A DNA stretch of 24,000 nucleotides from NCBI RefSeq assembly GCF_036825535.1, contig NZ_CP098813.1, forward strand, positions 842,216-866,215, given 5' to 3'. This DNA comes from Parasalinivibrio latis. GTDB taxonomy: Bacteria; Pseudomonadota; Gammaproteobacteria; Enterobacterales; Vibrionaceae. How positions within the stretch are numbered: position 1 is the first letter of the stretch; each line of letters opens with the position of its first letter. The notes under the pieces are model-generated. The model made no database searches and had not been told where the DNA came from. It saw nothing but the letters and a program-made list of their open reading frames with translations. The position numbers were made by a program, and so were the translations under genes. Below, in pieces: positions 8,775 through 23,090 of this stretch.

Positions 8775-9058
8775 ACATTAACCTCCCCTAGATGATACGC
8801 AACACCCATGTAATAAACATGAATCATGTGAAACATATTTGGCACACTTAGTTTCAGTGTAGAAAAGATTCTGGGCTATGTAGGCTGAGCCTCTGAAAAG
8901 GCAGTAAAAACCCGAAACAAAATACGTGATTTCCACTGGTAGTAAATTTTAGTAAAAATCGTTAGAGTAATTTTGAGTTTTACCAAGGATACCTTTAAGG
9001 GATTAGGCTGCCCGGATGGCTTTCACCAAGAAAGGGAGCTAAAGGGTTTGGAGGATAA

Positions 9059-10057
<999 letters not shown>

Positions 10058-10076
10058 AGCTTTGCTCAACTAACCC

Positions 10077-10101
10077 GCCCGCCATTTGAGCGGGCTTTTT
10101 T
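10077..10101 (+). terminator. Intrinsic terminator after ebgR
   Basis: GCCCGC (10077-10082) pairs with GCGGGC (10090-10095) across a 7-nt loop. The stem is followed by TTTTTT (10096-10101). Confidence 0.8.
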
Positions 10102-10334
10102 GTTTCAGGCGTCATAGTTCCCCCTCTCATTGGCTCCATTCTGTTCTTCTTTCCGTTATTTGAAATCTATAACACGTTCTAAATGTGCTTGTTTTAACTG
10201 GTTTTATTGAATTTTACCTTTATTAAAAAACATGATGGTGATCGCCTAAATTCAGGCGAATCCGGGTGTATTTTGCCGAGAGCTTCACAGGTTAAAACAA
10301 GGGCATGTGATCAAGTTAAAAAAGCAAAATTTAA

Positions 10335-13958
<3,624 letters not shown>

Positions 13959-14002
13959 AGCCCTCGGCGCCGGTTAAGGCCGGTACCTGATTAAAACAAT
14001 AA

Positions 14003-15505
<1,503 letters not shown>

Positions 15506-15533
15506 TAAATCCGACAGTTATTCCCCCAACGTT

Positions 15534-15560
15534 AAGTCCGCTTCGGCGGACTTTTTTTAT
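15534..15560 (+). terminator. Intrinsic terminator after the ygjI-like gene
   Basis: AAGTCCGC-TTCG-GCGGACTT forms an 8-bp stem with a tetraloop. It runs into a 7-nt T-tract (15552-15558). Confidence 0.85.
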
Positions 15561-15763
15561 CTTTGCATTACTGCCCGAGGTCGTGGTGGTTGTTCAGTTC
15601 TGCCAACACATCATGCATTTTTTTGTTAACCATCAAGGCTCTCGTTCACATTTTGGTAAAAATATTGACACTATTAGACTAATTTACAGAGTGGAAAATT
15701 GGGGGGGAATGCCAATTAGGGATTAAAATAACCGGTTGAAATGACCCATGGACAGAGGTAAGC

Positions 15764-17326
15764 ATGCAGCAAAGACATGTAACCGGCAGGGAAGTTGATT
15801 ATTCAGGTGACCGACAACTGATTTCAACCACGGATCTCAAGGGCAATATTACCTATGCCAATGAGTTCTTTTGCCAGGTAGCGGGCTACGAAGAGGGCGA
15901 ACTTGTAGGGGAATCCCACAGTATCGTCCGTCATCCGGATATGCCCCCGGCAGCGTTTGCCAACCTGTGGCAGGCACTCGACAAAGACCAGCCCTGGCGG
16001 GGGGTAGTAAAAAACCGCTGTAAAAACGGCGACCACTACTGGGTAGACGCCTATGTCACGCCACTTTACGAAAACGGCAAGAAAGTCGGTTACCAGTCAG
16101 TCCGGGTTAAGCCTTCCCGGGAACTGGTTGAACGGGCTGAGCGCCTATACCCCATTTTCTTCACTCGCCGGGCAGCTCGATACCTGAAAGTGAAATCCCG
16201 CATCAGCCAGTTGACTATAGCTTGGGGAGCTGCGGTGACCGGCCTTACCGGATACCTGGTGTGGAGTGGCAGTGAAATCTCCACCATTGCTGCTGCGCTG
16301 GGAGCATTTGCCGTTGCGGGGGCAGGAGGGCTTGTGTACGCCAAACGTATTCACGAGTTATTACAAACTTCCCGAAAAGTTGCGAGCAATCCGCTTATCC
16401 AGTTGGTCTACTGCTCCAGCATGGATGAATTCGGTGAAATTGAGCTGGCAGCAAAAATGCAAGAGGCCCACAACCGCACAGTGCTTGGCAGGCTGGGGGA
16501 TATCACAGAAACAATCAGGCACTCCATTAACCTGACAGACAACGCGATCCAGGCTGCAAGTGAGGGCGTTAACCAGCAGAATCTGGAAACTGATGAAGTC
16601 GTCAAAGATATCGACTTTTTGTCTGAAGCCAGTAGCAACGTGCTCGACTTGACCAACAAGACCCGCGAAGCCAGCCTGACGGCAACGTCCCAGACCGAGA
16701 GAGGGCAGGGCAGCATCAACCAGACCGTCCGGGAGATTGGATCCTTGTCCGACAGTGTTGAAAGTGCGGTGGTGGCTTCTGAAGAACTGCAGCAGTTCAC
16801 ACAGGATATTGGCAAGGTGGTCACGGTAATCAGTGATATTGCAGACCAAACGAACCTTCTGGCATTGAATGCGGCTATTGAAGCAGCCCGTGCCGGGGAT
16901 CAGGGGAGAGGTTTTGCTGTCGTGTCAGATGAGGTACGCTCGCTGGCTATTAAAACCCAGGCATCTACTGAGGAGATCCGGGCATCCATCAATAAAGTGC
17001 AGGAGTCGGTGAAACGCACTGTCGGGTTGATGGAAAAAAGCCGGGAATTTGCCGTTAACGGTGTTGAAGTAGCCAAAGAAGCCGGTGATGCGTTCAGGTT
17101 GCTCAGCGATACTATTTCAGGCATTTCTTCCCATTGCAGGGAGGTAACGCAAGCCTGCAACCGCCAGTCTGATACAGTGAATAACCAACAGGTAAGAATA
17201 GGGAAGATCCGGGATTTATCAGCTGAAAACCTTGCCGCTTCTGAGCAAACTGCCCGTGCAAGCCACCAGTTGCTTGACCTGGTAGCTCAGCTTGAATCAA
17301 TGCAGACAGCATTTGAAAGAAAATAG
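15764..17326 (+). CDS. aer: Aerotaxis/energy-taxis receptor, Aer-like (N-terminal PAS, membrane hairpin, MCP signalling domain)
   Basis: The N-terminal PAS region [75 protein letters not shown] parallels E. coli Aer. A central hydrophobic hairpin is present ([18 protein letters not shown]...[18 protein letters not shown]). The MCP core is present ([40 protein letters not shown]). Confidence 0.9.
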   Translation: MQQRHVTGREVDYSGDRQLISTTDLKGNITYANEFFCQVAGYEEGELVGESHSIVRHPDMPPAAFANLWQALDKDQPWRGVVKNRCKNGDHYWVDAYVTPLYENGKKVGYQSVRVKPSRELVERAERLYPIFFTRRAARYLKVKSRISQLTIAWGAAVTGLTGYLVWSGSEISTIAAALGAFAVAGAGGLVYAKRIHELLQTSRKVASNPLIQLVYCSSMDEFGEIELAAKMQEAHNRTVLGRLGDITETIRHSINLTDNAIQAASEGVNQQNLETDEVVKDIDFLSEASSNVLDLTNKTREASLTATSQTERGQGSINQTVREIGSLSDSVESAVVASEELQQFTQDIGKVVTVISDIADQTNLLALNAAIEAARAGDQGRGFAVVSDEVRSLAIKTQASTEEIRASINKVQESVKRTVGLMEKSREFAVNGVEVAKEAGDAFRLLSDTISGISSHCREVTQACNRQSDTVNNQQVRIGKIRDLSAENLAASEQTARASHQLLDLVAQLESMQTAFERK

Positions 17327-17370
17327 CTCTGCTTTAACTTTTACCTATTCTTGGTGAATCAAAGGAAAAT

Positions 17371-17395
17371 GTCAGTGCCGGAGCCCGGTGCTGAC
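17371..17395 (+). terminator. Possible weak terminator hairpin after aer
   Basis: GTCAGTGCCGG-AGC-CCGGTGCTGAC forms an 11-bp stem if two G-U pairs are allowed. The trailing TTGCCTGCTTC is only weakly U-rich. Confidence 0.3.
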
Positions 17396-17615
17396 TTGCC
17401 TGCTTCAACAGCTTTTCCATCATTCCTTTTGTGATTCCCTTACCCGTCCCTTTTTCTGGTTAACACGCCAATCTAATCTTCAACGAAACATAACAAGGCC
17501 CGGGGCTGCGTACCATCACGGTTTTACGACTATTTGAAATTGTTTTCATCGGAGTTTGAAACAGAAATTTCGGCATGCTCACAAAAGGATGTAAATATTT
17601 CATTTTGTGGTTGTG

Positions 17616-17633
17616 GTGAAATGTTAATTTCAT
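17616..17633. promoter_or_regulatory. Candidate operator (imperfect palindrome GTGAAATGTTAATTTCAT) overlapping the predicted iolD promoter
   Basis: It matches the perfect palindrome at 20038-20055 in 15 of 18 positions. It overlaps a good -10 hexamer (TATAGT, 17633-17638) and occupies the spacer after a weak -35 (TTGTGG, 17611-17616). It lies 82 nt upstream of the iolD ATG. Confidence 0.45.
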
Positions 17634-17714
17634 ATAGTGACAAAATTAAGGCTGGGGGCGGGTCGAATCCTTGTGAACCCCCTGATAGGACATAGCGTAT
17701 TTCGGAGTTTGGAT

Positions 17715-19649
17715 ATGGGTACACTCAAACTGACCACGGCACAGGCATTGGTGAAGTTCCTGAATCAACAGTATGTGGATGTTGACGGGCAGGAGCATAA
17801 ATTTGTCCACGGCGTATTGACGATATTTGGTCACGGTAATGTTGTTGGCCTGGGGCAAGCCCTGGAACAGGATGCCGGGGACTTGATCGTCCACCAGGGT
17901 TGTAACGAACAGGGCATGGCACATATCGCCATGGGATTTGCCAAACAGCAAAAACGGAAAAAGATTTATGCGGTAACGTCTTCCGTCGGGCCCGGTGCGG
18001 CGAACATGGTGACTGCCGCTGCGACAGCAACCGCCAACCGGATTCCCGTCCTGTTCCTGCCGGGTGATCTCTTTGCATCCCGCCAGCCGGATCCCGTGTT
18101 GCAGCAAGTCGAGCAGTACCATGACTGCTCAATCAGTACCAACGACTGCTTCCGTCCGGTCTCACGCTATTGGGATCGTGTTTCCCGCCCTGAGCAACTG
18201 ATGACGGCCATGATCAACGCCATGCGCGTACTGACTGATCCGGCTGATACCGGCGCAGTGACCATCTGCCTGCCGCAGGATGTGCAGGGTGAAGCCTACG
18301 ACTTCCCGGAATATTTCTTTAAAAAACGCGTCCACCGGATAGAGCGTCGTCCGGCGACAGAAGCCATGCTGACTGATGCGGTTGAACTGATCCGCCGCAA
18401 GAAAAAGCCGATGCTGGTGTGCGGCGGTGGCGTCCGGTATTCCGAAGCCCATGACGCCTTCAGGCAATTTGCTGAAACCTTTAATATTCCGTTTGGGGAA
18501 ACCCAGGCCGGGAAGAGTGCCATAGTGGCGGAACATCCCCTCAACTGCGGCGGGGTAGGGACAACCGGTTGTCTGGCAGCCAACCTGATTGCCAAGGAAG
18601 CGGATCTGGTGATTGGCGTGGGTACCCGCTTTACGGATTTCACAACCGCATCCAAGTCGTTGTTCCAGAACCCAGATGTGGAATTCCTCACCATTAATGT
18701 GGCCGAATTTGATGCCTTCAAACTCGATGCCGTCCCTGTGGTGGCAGATGCGCGCACTGCGCTGGAAGCGTTGTCAGAAATACTGCAGGCAACGGGATAC
18801 CATAGCGGTTACGGCAACGAGATTACTGATGCCAGAAGTGCCTGGAATGCTGAGCTTGAGCGACTTTTCAGTCTTCGAGTTGGTGACGGTTTTGTACCGG
18901 AAGTGGCGGGCCATCTGGATGACAAATTGGGTGAGTATGCCGCAACCCTTTCTACCCAGCTTGCGCAGACGCGGGTGCTTGGGGTGATGGATAAATACCT
19001 CGAAGATGATGCCATTGTGGTTGGGGCGGCCGGGTCATTGCCGGGAGATCTGCAGCGAGTATGGCGCCCGAAAACACCGGACACTTACCATATGGAATAC
19101 GGCTATTCCTGCATGGGCTATGAGGTTGCCGCCGCTGTGGGTGCCAAGCTCGCCCGCCCGGATCAGCCCGTTTACGCTATGTTGGGTGACGGCTCATACA
19201 TGATGCTTCATTCCGAGTTGCAAACCGCCGTTCAGGAAGGCACTAAAATTACGCTTCTGCTGTTTGATAACGCAAGCTTTGGCTGTATCAACAACCTGCA
19301 AATGAGCCAGGGGATGGGAAGTTACGGTACGGAAAACCGCCACCGCGATCCGGAAACTGGCAAGATGACCGGCCCGTTAGTGAAGGTCGATTTTGCCAAA
19401 AATGCAGAAAGCTATGGCTGTAAGGCTTATTCCGTCCATACGGAGGAAGAACTGGTCGCCGCGCTGGAAGAGGCAAAACTGCAAGCCGGTCCGGTGTTGG
19501 TTGACATCAAAGTGTTGCCCAAAACGATGACTCACGGTTATGAGGCGTGGTGGCGCACCGGTACTGCACAGGTGGCAGACAAGCCGGAAATTGTGGCTGC
19601 TGCTGAGGGTATTAAGCAGGTGCTTGCTACCAAGGCTCGCCAGTACTGA
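17715..19649 (+). CDS. iolD: 3D-(3,5/4)-trihydroxycyclohexane-1,2-dione acylhydrolase (decyclizing), ThDP-dependent, IolD
   Basis: [55 protein letters not shown]... is colinear with B. subtilis IolD as recalled. This includes [23 protein letters not shown], the ThDP motif [14 protein letters not shown] and the terminal ...KARQY. GGAG at 17703-17706 supports ATG 17715; the ORF-track GTG at 17637 is an over-extension. Confidence 0.93.
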   Translation: MGTLKLTTAQALVKFLNQQYVDVDGQEHKFVHGVLTIFGHGNVVGLGQALEQDAGDLIVHQGCNEQGMAHIAMGFAKQQKRKKIYAVTSSVGPGAANMVTAAATATANRIPVLFLPGDLFASRQPDPVLQQVEQYHDCSISTNDCFRPVSRYWDRVSRPEQLMTAMINAMRVLTDPADTGAVTICLPQDVQGEAYDFPEYFFKKRVHRIERRPATEAMLTDAVELIRRKKKPMLVCGGGVRYSEAHDAFRQFAETFNIPFGETQAGKSAIVAEHPLNCGGVGTTGCLAANLIAKEADLVIGVGTRFTDFTTASKSLFQNPDVEFLTINVAEFDAFKLDAVPVVADARTALEALSEILQATGYHSGYGNEITDARSAWNAELERLFSLRVGDGFVPEVAGHLDDKLGEYAATLSTQLAQTRVLGVMDKYLEDDAIVVGAAGSLPGDLQRVWRPKTPDTYHMEYGYSCMGYEVAAAVGAKLARPDQPVYAMLGDGSYMMLHSELQTAVQEGTKITLLLFDNASFGCINNLQMSQGMGSYGTENRHRDPETGKMTGPLVKVDFAKNAESYGCKAYSVHTEEELVAALEEAKLQAGPVLVDIKVLPKTMTHGYEAWWRTGTAQVADKPEIVAAAEGIKQVLATKARQY

Positions 19650-19666
19650 TACATTTTTACCGAGTG

Positions 19667-19693
19667 GGGGCAGCTTTCAGGCTGCTCCCTTTT
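19667..19693 (+). terminator. Intrinsic terminator after iolD
   Basis: GGGGCAGC (19667-19674) pairs with GCTGC-T-CCC (19681-19689) as 8 bp with one bulged T. The loop is 6 nt and TTTT follows (19690-19693). Confidence 0.6.
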
Positions 19694-20037
19694 CGGTCTG
19701 TTCCTTTGTCAACTTGCCACTTGCTTCTTTCTTCAATCTTTCCTCTTTTCTCTTCCGTCATCTCTATGTGTTTGCGCCTTTGTCCTCTGTCATCGGAATA
19801 AAACGAAATATTTGTTTCACTTCATGTTGCAGATGATGTTTACGCAAATTGCATCGAATAGTCCTGGGGTTTGAGCAATTTATCGAGTTTTCATACTCGT
19901 TTAACCCCAGTTATTTCTGATGGTTATGCCTGCCTCGACTCGGATGTATTTCGTGATCGCAGTGACAGGATTTGCTGTCTTCCGGTTAAAAAATGATACT
20001 CCTGCGACAAAAATAAAATATTCATTTCATGGCATAT

Positions 20038-20055
20038 GTGAAATGTACATTTCAC
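20038..20055. promoter_or_regulatory. Candidate operator: perfect 18-bp palindrome GTGAAATGTACATTTCAC overlapping the predicted iolG promoter
   Basis: The sequence is exactly self-complementary (GTGAAATGT/ACATTTCAC). A good -10 hexamer (TATATT, 20060-20065) lies 4 nt downstream. The left arm occupies the -35 position (GTGAAA with a 16-nt spacer). A near-copy lies at the iolD promoter. Confidence 0.5.
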
Positions 20056-20215
20056 TTGGTATATTCCCGTCATCGATTAGGTAATTGATTAATCCTGTTC
20101 GAAAAATCCTGTCAACTCGGTTGAATTCTGTTTGTGGAAAACCCCTGAAGTGTTTCCGTTAAATGGGGGAGTCCAGAAACTTCTGCCGGCTAAGAGCCGG
20201 TTCCAAGGAGCCCTT

Positions 20216-21202
20216 ATGTACAATATCGCATTGTTTGGTGCAGGCCGTATCGGCCAGGTTCATGCGGTTAACATCGCTGAACACAAGGAAACTTCTCTCT
20301 ATTCCGTGATTGACCCGTACCAGGAAGGTGCAAATTCACTGGCAGAAAAATATGGCGCCAAGGTTCAGTCTGTGCAGGAAGCAATGGCTGACCCGAATGT
20401 TCATGGCGTACTGATCGCGTCAGCTACTGACACCCATGCAGAGCTGATTGAGATGGCCGCCAAAGCCGGTAAAACCATTTTCTGTGAAAAGCCGGTCCAC
20501 CTGGATATTGAGCGAGTCCGTGAATGCCTGGCGACCGTGAAGGAGTTCAACGTCCCGCTGTTTGTGGGCTTTAACCGCCGTTATGACCCGCAGTTCCGCA
20601 AAGTACGTGAGATGCTGAGCGCCGGTGCCATCGGCCAGGCTGAATCGCTGATTATCACCTCCCGCGATCCGTCTCCACCGCCTGCCTACTATGTGAAAGT
20701 CTCCGGTGGCATGTTCCGCGACATGACCATCCACGATTTCGACATGGCACGTTTTATTATGGGTGAGGATCCTGTCTCTGTGTATGCACAGGGCAGCAAC
20801 ATGGTTGACCCTGAAATCGGCCAGGCCGGTGACATTGATACCGCCTTTATTGTGATGAAATTCCCATCCGGCGCGATGGCGACCATTTCCAACAGCCGTC
20901 GCTCCGGTTATGGATATGACCAGCGTATCGAATTGCATGGTGCCAAAGGTCTTCTCACGGCGAAAAACATGCTCGAAGATCAGGTAGAGCAATGGGGTGA
21001 AGCCGGATGTGTTGCCGCGAAACCGGAGCACTTCTTCCTGCAGCGCTACAACGCTGCCTACAAGGCTGAGTGGAACCACTTTGTTGATGTGCTGGCAGGC
21101 CGCGCAGCACCAGAGTGCAGCGGTTATGACGGCGAACAGGCACTCCGCCTGGCTGACATGGCCTTTGAATCACTCGCCACGGGCAAAGAAATCAAACTGT
21201 AA
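20216..21202 (+). CDS. iolG: myo-Inositol 2-dehydrogenase-like oxidoreductase (Gfo/Idh/MocA family)
   Basis: The N-terminal Rossmann motif is MYNIALFGAGRIGQVHAVN. The Gfo/Idh/MocA core is present (FCEKPV, GFNRRYDPQF). The length is 328 aa, and the context includes iolD and a sugar/polyol-type symporter. AAGGAG at 20204-20209 supports ATG 20216. The exact substrate (myo- versus scyllo-inositol or another polyol) cannot be determined from sequence by eye. Confidence 0.8.
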   Translation: MYNIALFGAGRIGQVHAVNIAEHKETSLYSVIDPYQEGANSLAEKYGAKVQSVQEAMADPNVHGVLIASATDTHAELIEMAAKAGKTIFCEKPVHLDIERVRECLATVKEFNVPLFVGFNRRYDPQFRKVREMLSAGAIGQAESLIITSRDPSPPPAYYVKVSGGMFRDMTIHDFDMARFIMGEDPVSVYAQGSNMVDPEIGQAGDIDTAFIVMKFPSGAMATISNSRRSGYGYDQRIELHGAKGLLTAKNMLEDQVEQWGEAGCVAAKPEHFFLQRYNAAYKAEWNHFVDVLAGRAAPECSGYDGEQALRLADMAFESLATGKEIKL

Positions 21203-21216
21203 TCTTCCGTCATTTT

Positions 21217-21245
21217 GGAGCGGCAACCCGCCGCTCCGCTTTTTT
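21217..21245 (+). terminator. Strong intrinsic terminator/attenuator between iolG and the symporter gene
   Basis: GGAGCGGC-AACCC-GCCGCTCC forms a perfect 8-bp stem with 7 of 8 G/C pairs. It is followed by GC and then TTTTTT (21240-21245). It starts 15 nt after the iolG stop. Confidence 0.8.
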
Positions 21246-21331
21246 CTGACGAGTTTCAAATCCAATCTTTCCGGAAACGGGGTTGCACCCGTTGCCGCAA
21301 GCATGATGCAAACGAAAATCAGGAGGACGTT

Positions 21332-23032
21332 ATGCTGGCGTTTATTTCGTTTCTCGGCTTTACCCTGTTTGTTGCAGGCTTTGCGTATTACAAAACCAAA
21401 AATGCTCACCTGACTGATTCTGCCGAAGGTTATTTTCTTGGCGGACGCTCGCTGACCGGCGTGTATATCGGTGGTTCCATGCTGCTGATGAACCTTTCCA
21501 CCGAACACCTGGTTGGCTTGAATGGCTTGTCTTTCCGCACCGGCTTTATCGTGATGGCGTGGGAAGTGATGGCAGCGATGGCCATTGTGCTGTTTGCAAT
21601 TTTCTTTCTGCCCCGCTACCTCAAGCTCGGTATCTCCACTATCCCCGAGTATCTTGAAAAGCGCTTTGACAAGCAGACCCTGACCATTACATCCATTCTG
21701 TTCCTTGGTATGTACGTTATCTCCCTTCTGCCCATCGTGCTTTATACCGGCGCGATTGCATTGGAAAGCCTGTTCCAGGTGTCCGACGTGTTCAATGTCG
21801 ACAAGACGACCGCGCTTTGGATCATGGTGTGGGGAGTGGGAGGACTGGGTGCCGTTTATGCGGTCTTCGGCGGTATTAAGGCAATTGCAGTGGCGGATAC
21901 CATCAACGGTGTCGGTCTGATTACCGGTGGCCTGATGGTAACGCTGTTCGCCCTTGCCTACGTGGGTGATGGCAACATTTTGAGCGGTTTGGCGGAAGTC
22001 TACCAACACAACCCGGAGAAGTTTAACTCCATTGGTGATGAAGACTCGCTGGTACCGTTTTCAACCTTGTTTACCGGCCTTGTCGTTTCCAACCTGTTCT
22101 TCTGGTGTACCAACCAGTCGATTGTGCAAAAAGCACTGGGTGCGAAGAACCTTGCTGAAGGCCAGAAGGGCGTACTGCTGTGTGCCTTTTTTAAACTGGT
22201 TATCCCGACCATCATCATCCTGCCGGGTATCATTGCTTTCCATATTTTCCAGGGGCAAATCGATAACCCGGACAATGCCTACCCGATGCTGGTAGAGCTT
22301 GTGCTGCCGGAAATGCTGGTTGGTTTCTTTGCAGCGGTTGTTGTGGGGGCGGTGTTCTCTACCTTCAGTGGCGGCCTGAACTCCTCTGTCACGCTGTTTA
22401 CCGTCAACATCTTCAAAAAGAGCCTCAAGCCGGATGCAACAGAAGCCCAGACGGTGGCGCTGGGTAAATACCTCGGCCTTGGCCTTGCGGTGGTGTCGAT
22501 GATTGTTGCCCCGCTGGTGGCAAATGCGCCGGACGGCCTTTTCTACCTTATCCAACAGCTTCAGGGCATCTTCAACGCCCCCATTCTGAGTGTGGTGATG
22601 GTCGGCCTGCTTACCAAACGAGTTCCCGCCATTGCCGCCAAGCTCGGCCTGCTGTTCGGTATGTCAGCTTATATCCTGTTTAACTTTGTGGTGAAAGTGG
22701 ATATCCATTTCTTCCACCTTGTTGGTCTGCTGTTTGCCGGTAACATCGTCTTTATGTTGGTTGTCGGGTATTTCTACCCGCAAGAGGCCTACGAAGAGGT
22801 GTATACCGAGCAGGTGGATATCAAGCCTTGGTCAATGGTCAAGCCGGTTTCCCTGCTTATCGCGCTGGGTTCCGTCTCCATGTATGTCTATCTGGCGCAT
22901 AACGTACCGGGCTGGGTGATGACCGGCTATTACGTGTTTGCCGTTGCGTCCCTGGCTTATGTGTTCTGGTCCATTGGACGTGAATTGATGAATAGCCCGC
23001 GTGCGTCAATGCGCACACAAAAACAAGGCTAA
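21332..23032 (+). CDS. Sodium:solute symporter (SSS/SLC5 family), probable Na+/inositol or sugar transporter
   Basis: The protein is a polytopic membrane protein of 566 aa. SSS hallmarks are present: EGYFLGGRSL, the NLSTEHLVGLNG region, IPEYLEKRF and FWCTNQSIVQKALGAK. It resembles the vSGLT/SMIT-type carriers. AGGAGG at 21320-21325 supports ATG 21332; the ORF-track start at 21215 lies inside the terminator. Confidence 0.9.
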   Translation: MLAFISFLGFTLFVAGFAYYKTKNAHLTDSAEGYFLGGRSLTGVYIGGSMLLMNLSTEHLVGLNGLSFRTGFIVMAWEVMAAMAIVLFAIFFLPRYLKLGISTIPEYLEKRFDKQTLTITSILFLGMYVISLLPIVLYTGAIALESLFQVSDVFNVDKTTALWIMVWGVGGLGAVYAVFGGIKAIAVADTINGVGLITGGLMVTLFALAYVGDGNILSGLAEVYQHNPEKFNSIGDEDSLVPFSTLFTGLVVSNLFFWCTNQSIVQKALGAKNLAEGQKGVLLCAFFKLVIPTIIILPGIIAFHIFQGQIDNPDNAYPMLVELVLPEMLVGFFAAVVVGAVFSTFSGGLNSSVTLFTVNIFKKSLKPDATEAQTVALGKYLGLGLAVVSMIVAPLVANAPDGLFYLIQQLQGIFNAPILSVVMVGLLTKRVPAIAAKLGLLFGMSAYILFNFVVKVDIHFFHLVGLLFAGNIVFMLVVGYFYPQEAYEEVYTEQVDIKPWSMVKPVSLLIALGSVSMYVYLAHNVPGWVMTGYYVFAVASLAYVFWSIGRELMNSPRASMRTQKQG

Positions 23033-23046
23033 AAGTTGGAAAATAA

Positions 23047-23077
23047 ACGCCCCGGTAACGGTACCGGGGCGTTTTAT
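23047..23077 (+). terminator. Intrinsic terminator after the symporter gene
   Basis: ACGCCCCGGTA (23047-23057) pairs with TACCGGGGCGT (23062-23072) as a perfect 11-bp stem with a 4-nt loop. TTTATT follows. Confidence 0.85.
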
Positions 23078-23090
23078 TGCTGGATGTACG

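Noticed and set aside
8828-8845. GTGAAACATATTTGGCAC in the SBP/ebgR divergent region superficially resembles the iol palindrome.
   Set aside because: Only 11 of 18 positions match, the right arm is lost (GGCAC versus TTCAC, with shifted spacing), and it is not itself palindromic. It is probably coincidence.
10306-10321. A possible CRP site, TGTGA-tcaagt-TAAAA, lies upstream of ebgA. It is centred roughly 60 nt upstream of a TSS inferred from the TAAAAT -10.
   Set aside because: Only the left half-site matches the TGTGA-N6-TCACA consensus, and the right half is essentially unmatched. The TSS is only inferred, so the spacing argument is circular.
15665-15670. A perfect -35 hexamer (TTGACA) lies upstream of aer.
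   Set aside because: No acceptable -10 hexamer lies 16-18 nt downstream (the sequence there is ACAGAGTG). An extended -10-like TGGTAAAAA at 15654-15662 is an alternative, but it has no -35. I do not call an aer promoter, and I found no convincing sigma-28 (TAAA-N15-GCCGATAA) match either.
15701-15707. A G7 homopolymer lies 57 nt upstream of the aer start codon and could be a slipped-strand phase-variation tract.
   Set aside because: Seven residues is at or below the length usually associated with appreciable slippage. Its position relative to any promoter is unknown. Population sequencing showing length variation would be needed.
17654-17682. GGGTCGAATCC (17660-17670) resembles the tRNA T-loop consensus GGTTCGAATCC. 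This raised the possibility of a tRNA gene, or a tRNA fragment marking an integration site, in the iolD leader.
   Set aside because: The flanking bases cannot form a T-stem (GGCGG versus CCTTG), and there is no acceptor stem, anticodon arm or CCA context. Only a GGGGG...CCCCC 5-bp pairing with a 19-nt loop exists. It is most likely just 5' UTR sequence.
19540-19836. A 98-aa plus-strand ORF spans the iolD 3' end and the downstream intergenic region.
   Set aside because: It overlaps the iolD coding end and its terminator, has no RBS, and its translation is low-complexity (L/S/F/P-rich). It is a by-product of the pyrimidine-rich tract.
20420-22009. Long antisense ORFs lie inside real genes: 219 aa at 20420-21079(-) and 279 aa at 21170-22009(-). 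Similar ones occur at 11184-11732(-), 12843-13316(-), 16361-16849(-), 17646-18122(-) and 7223-7633(-).
   Set aside because: All lie fully within, and antisense to or out of frame with, genes that have strong family signatures. Their translations are Arg/Gly/His-rich shadow sequences with no motifs or RBS. These are typical shadow ORFs.
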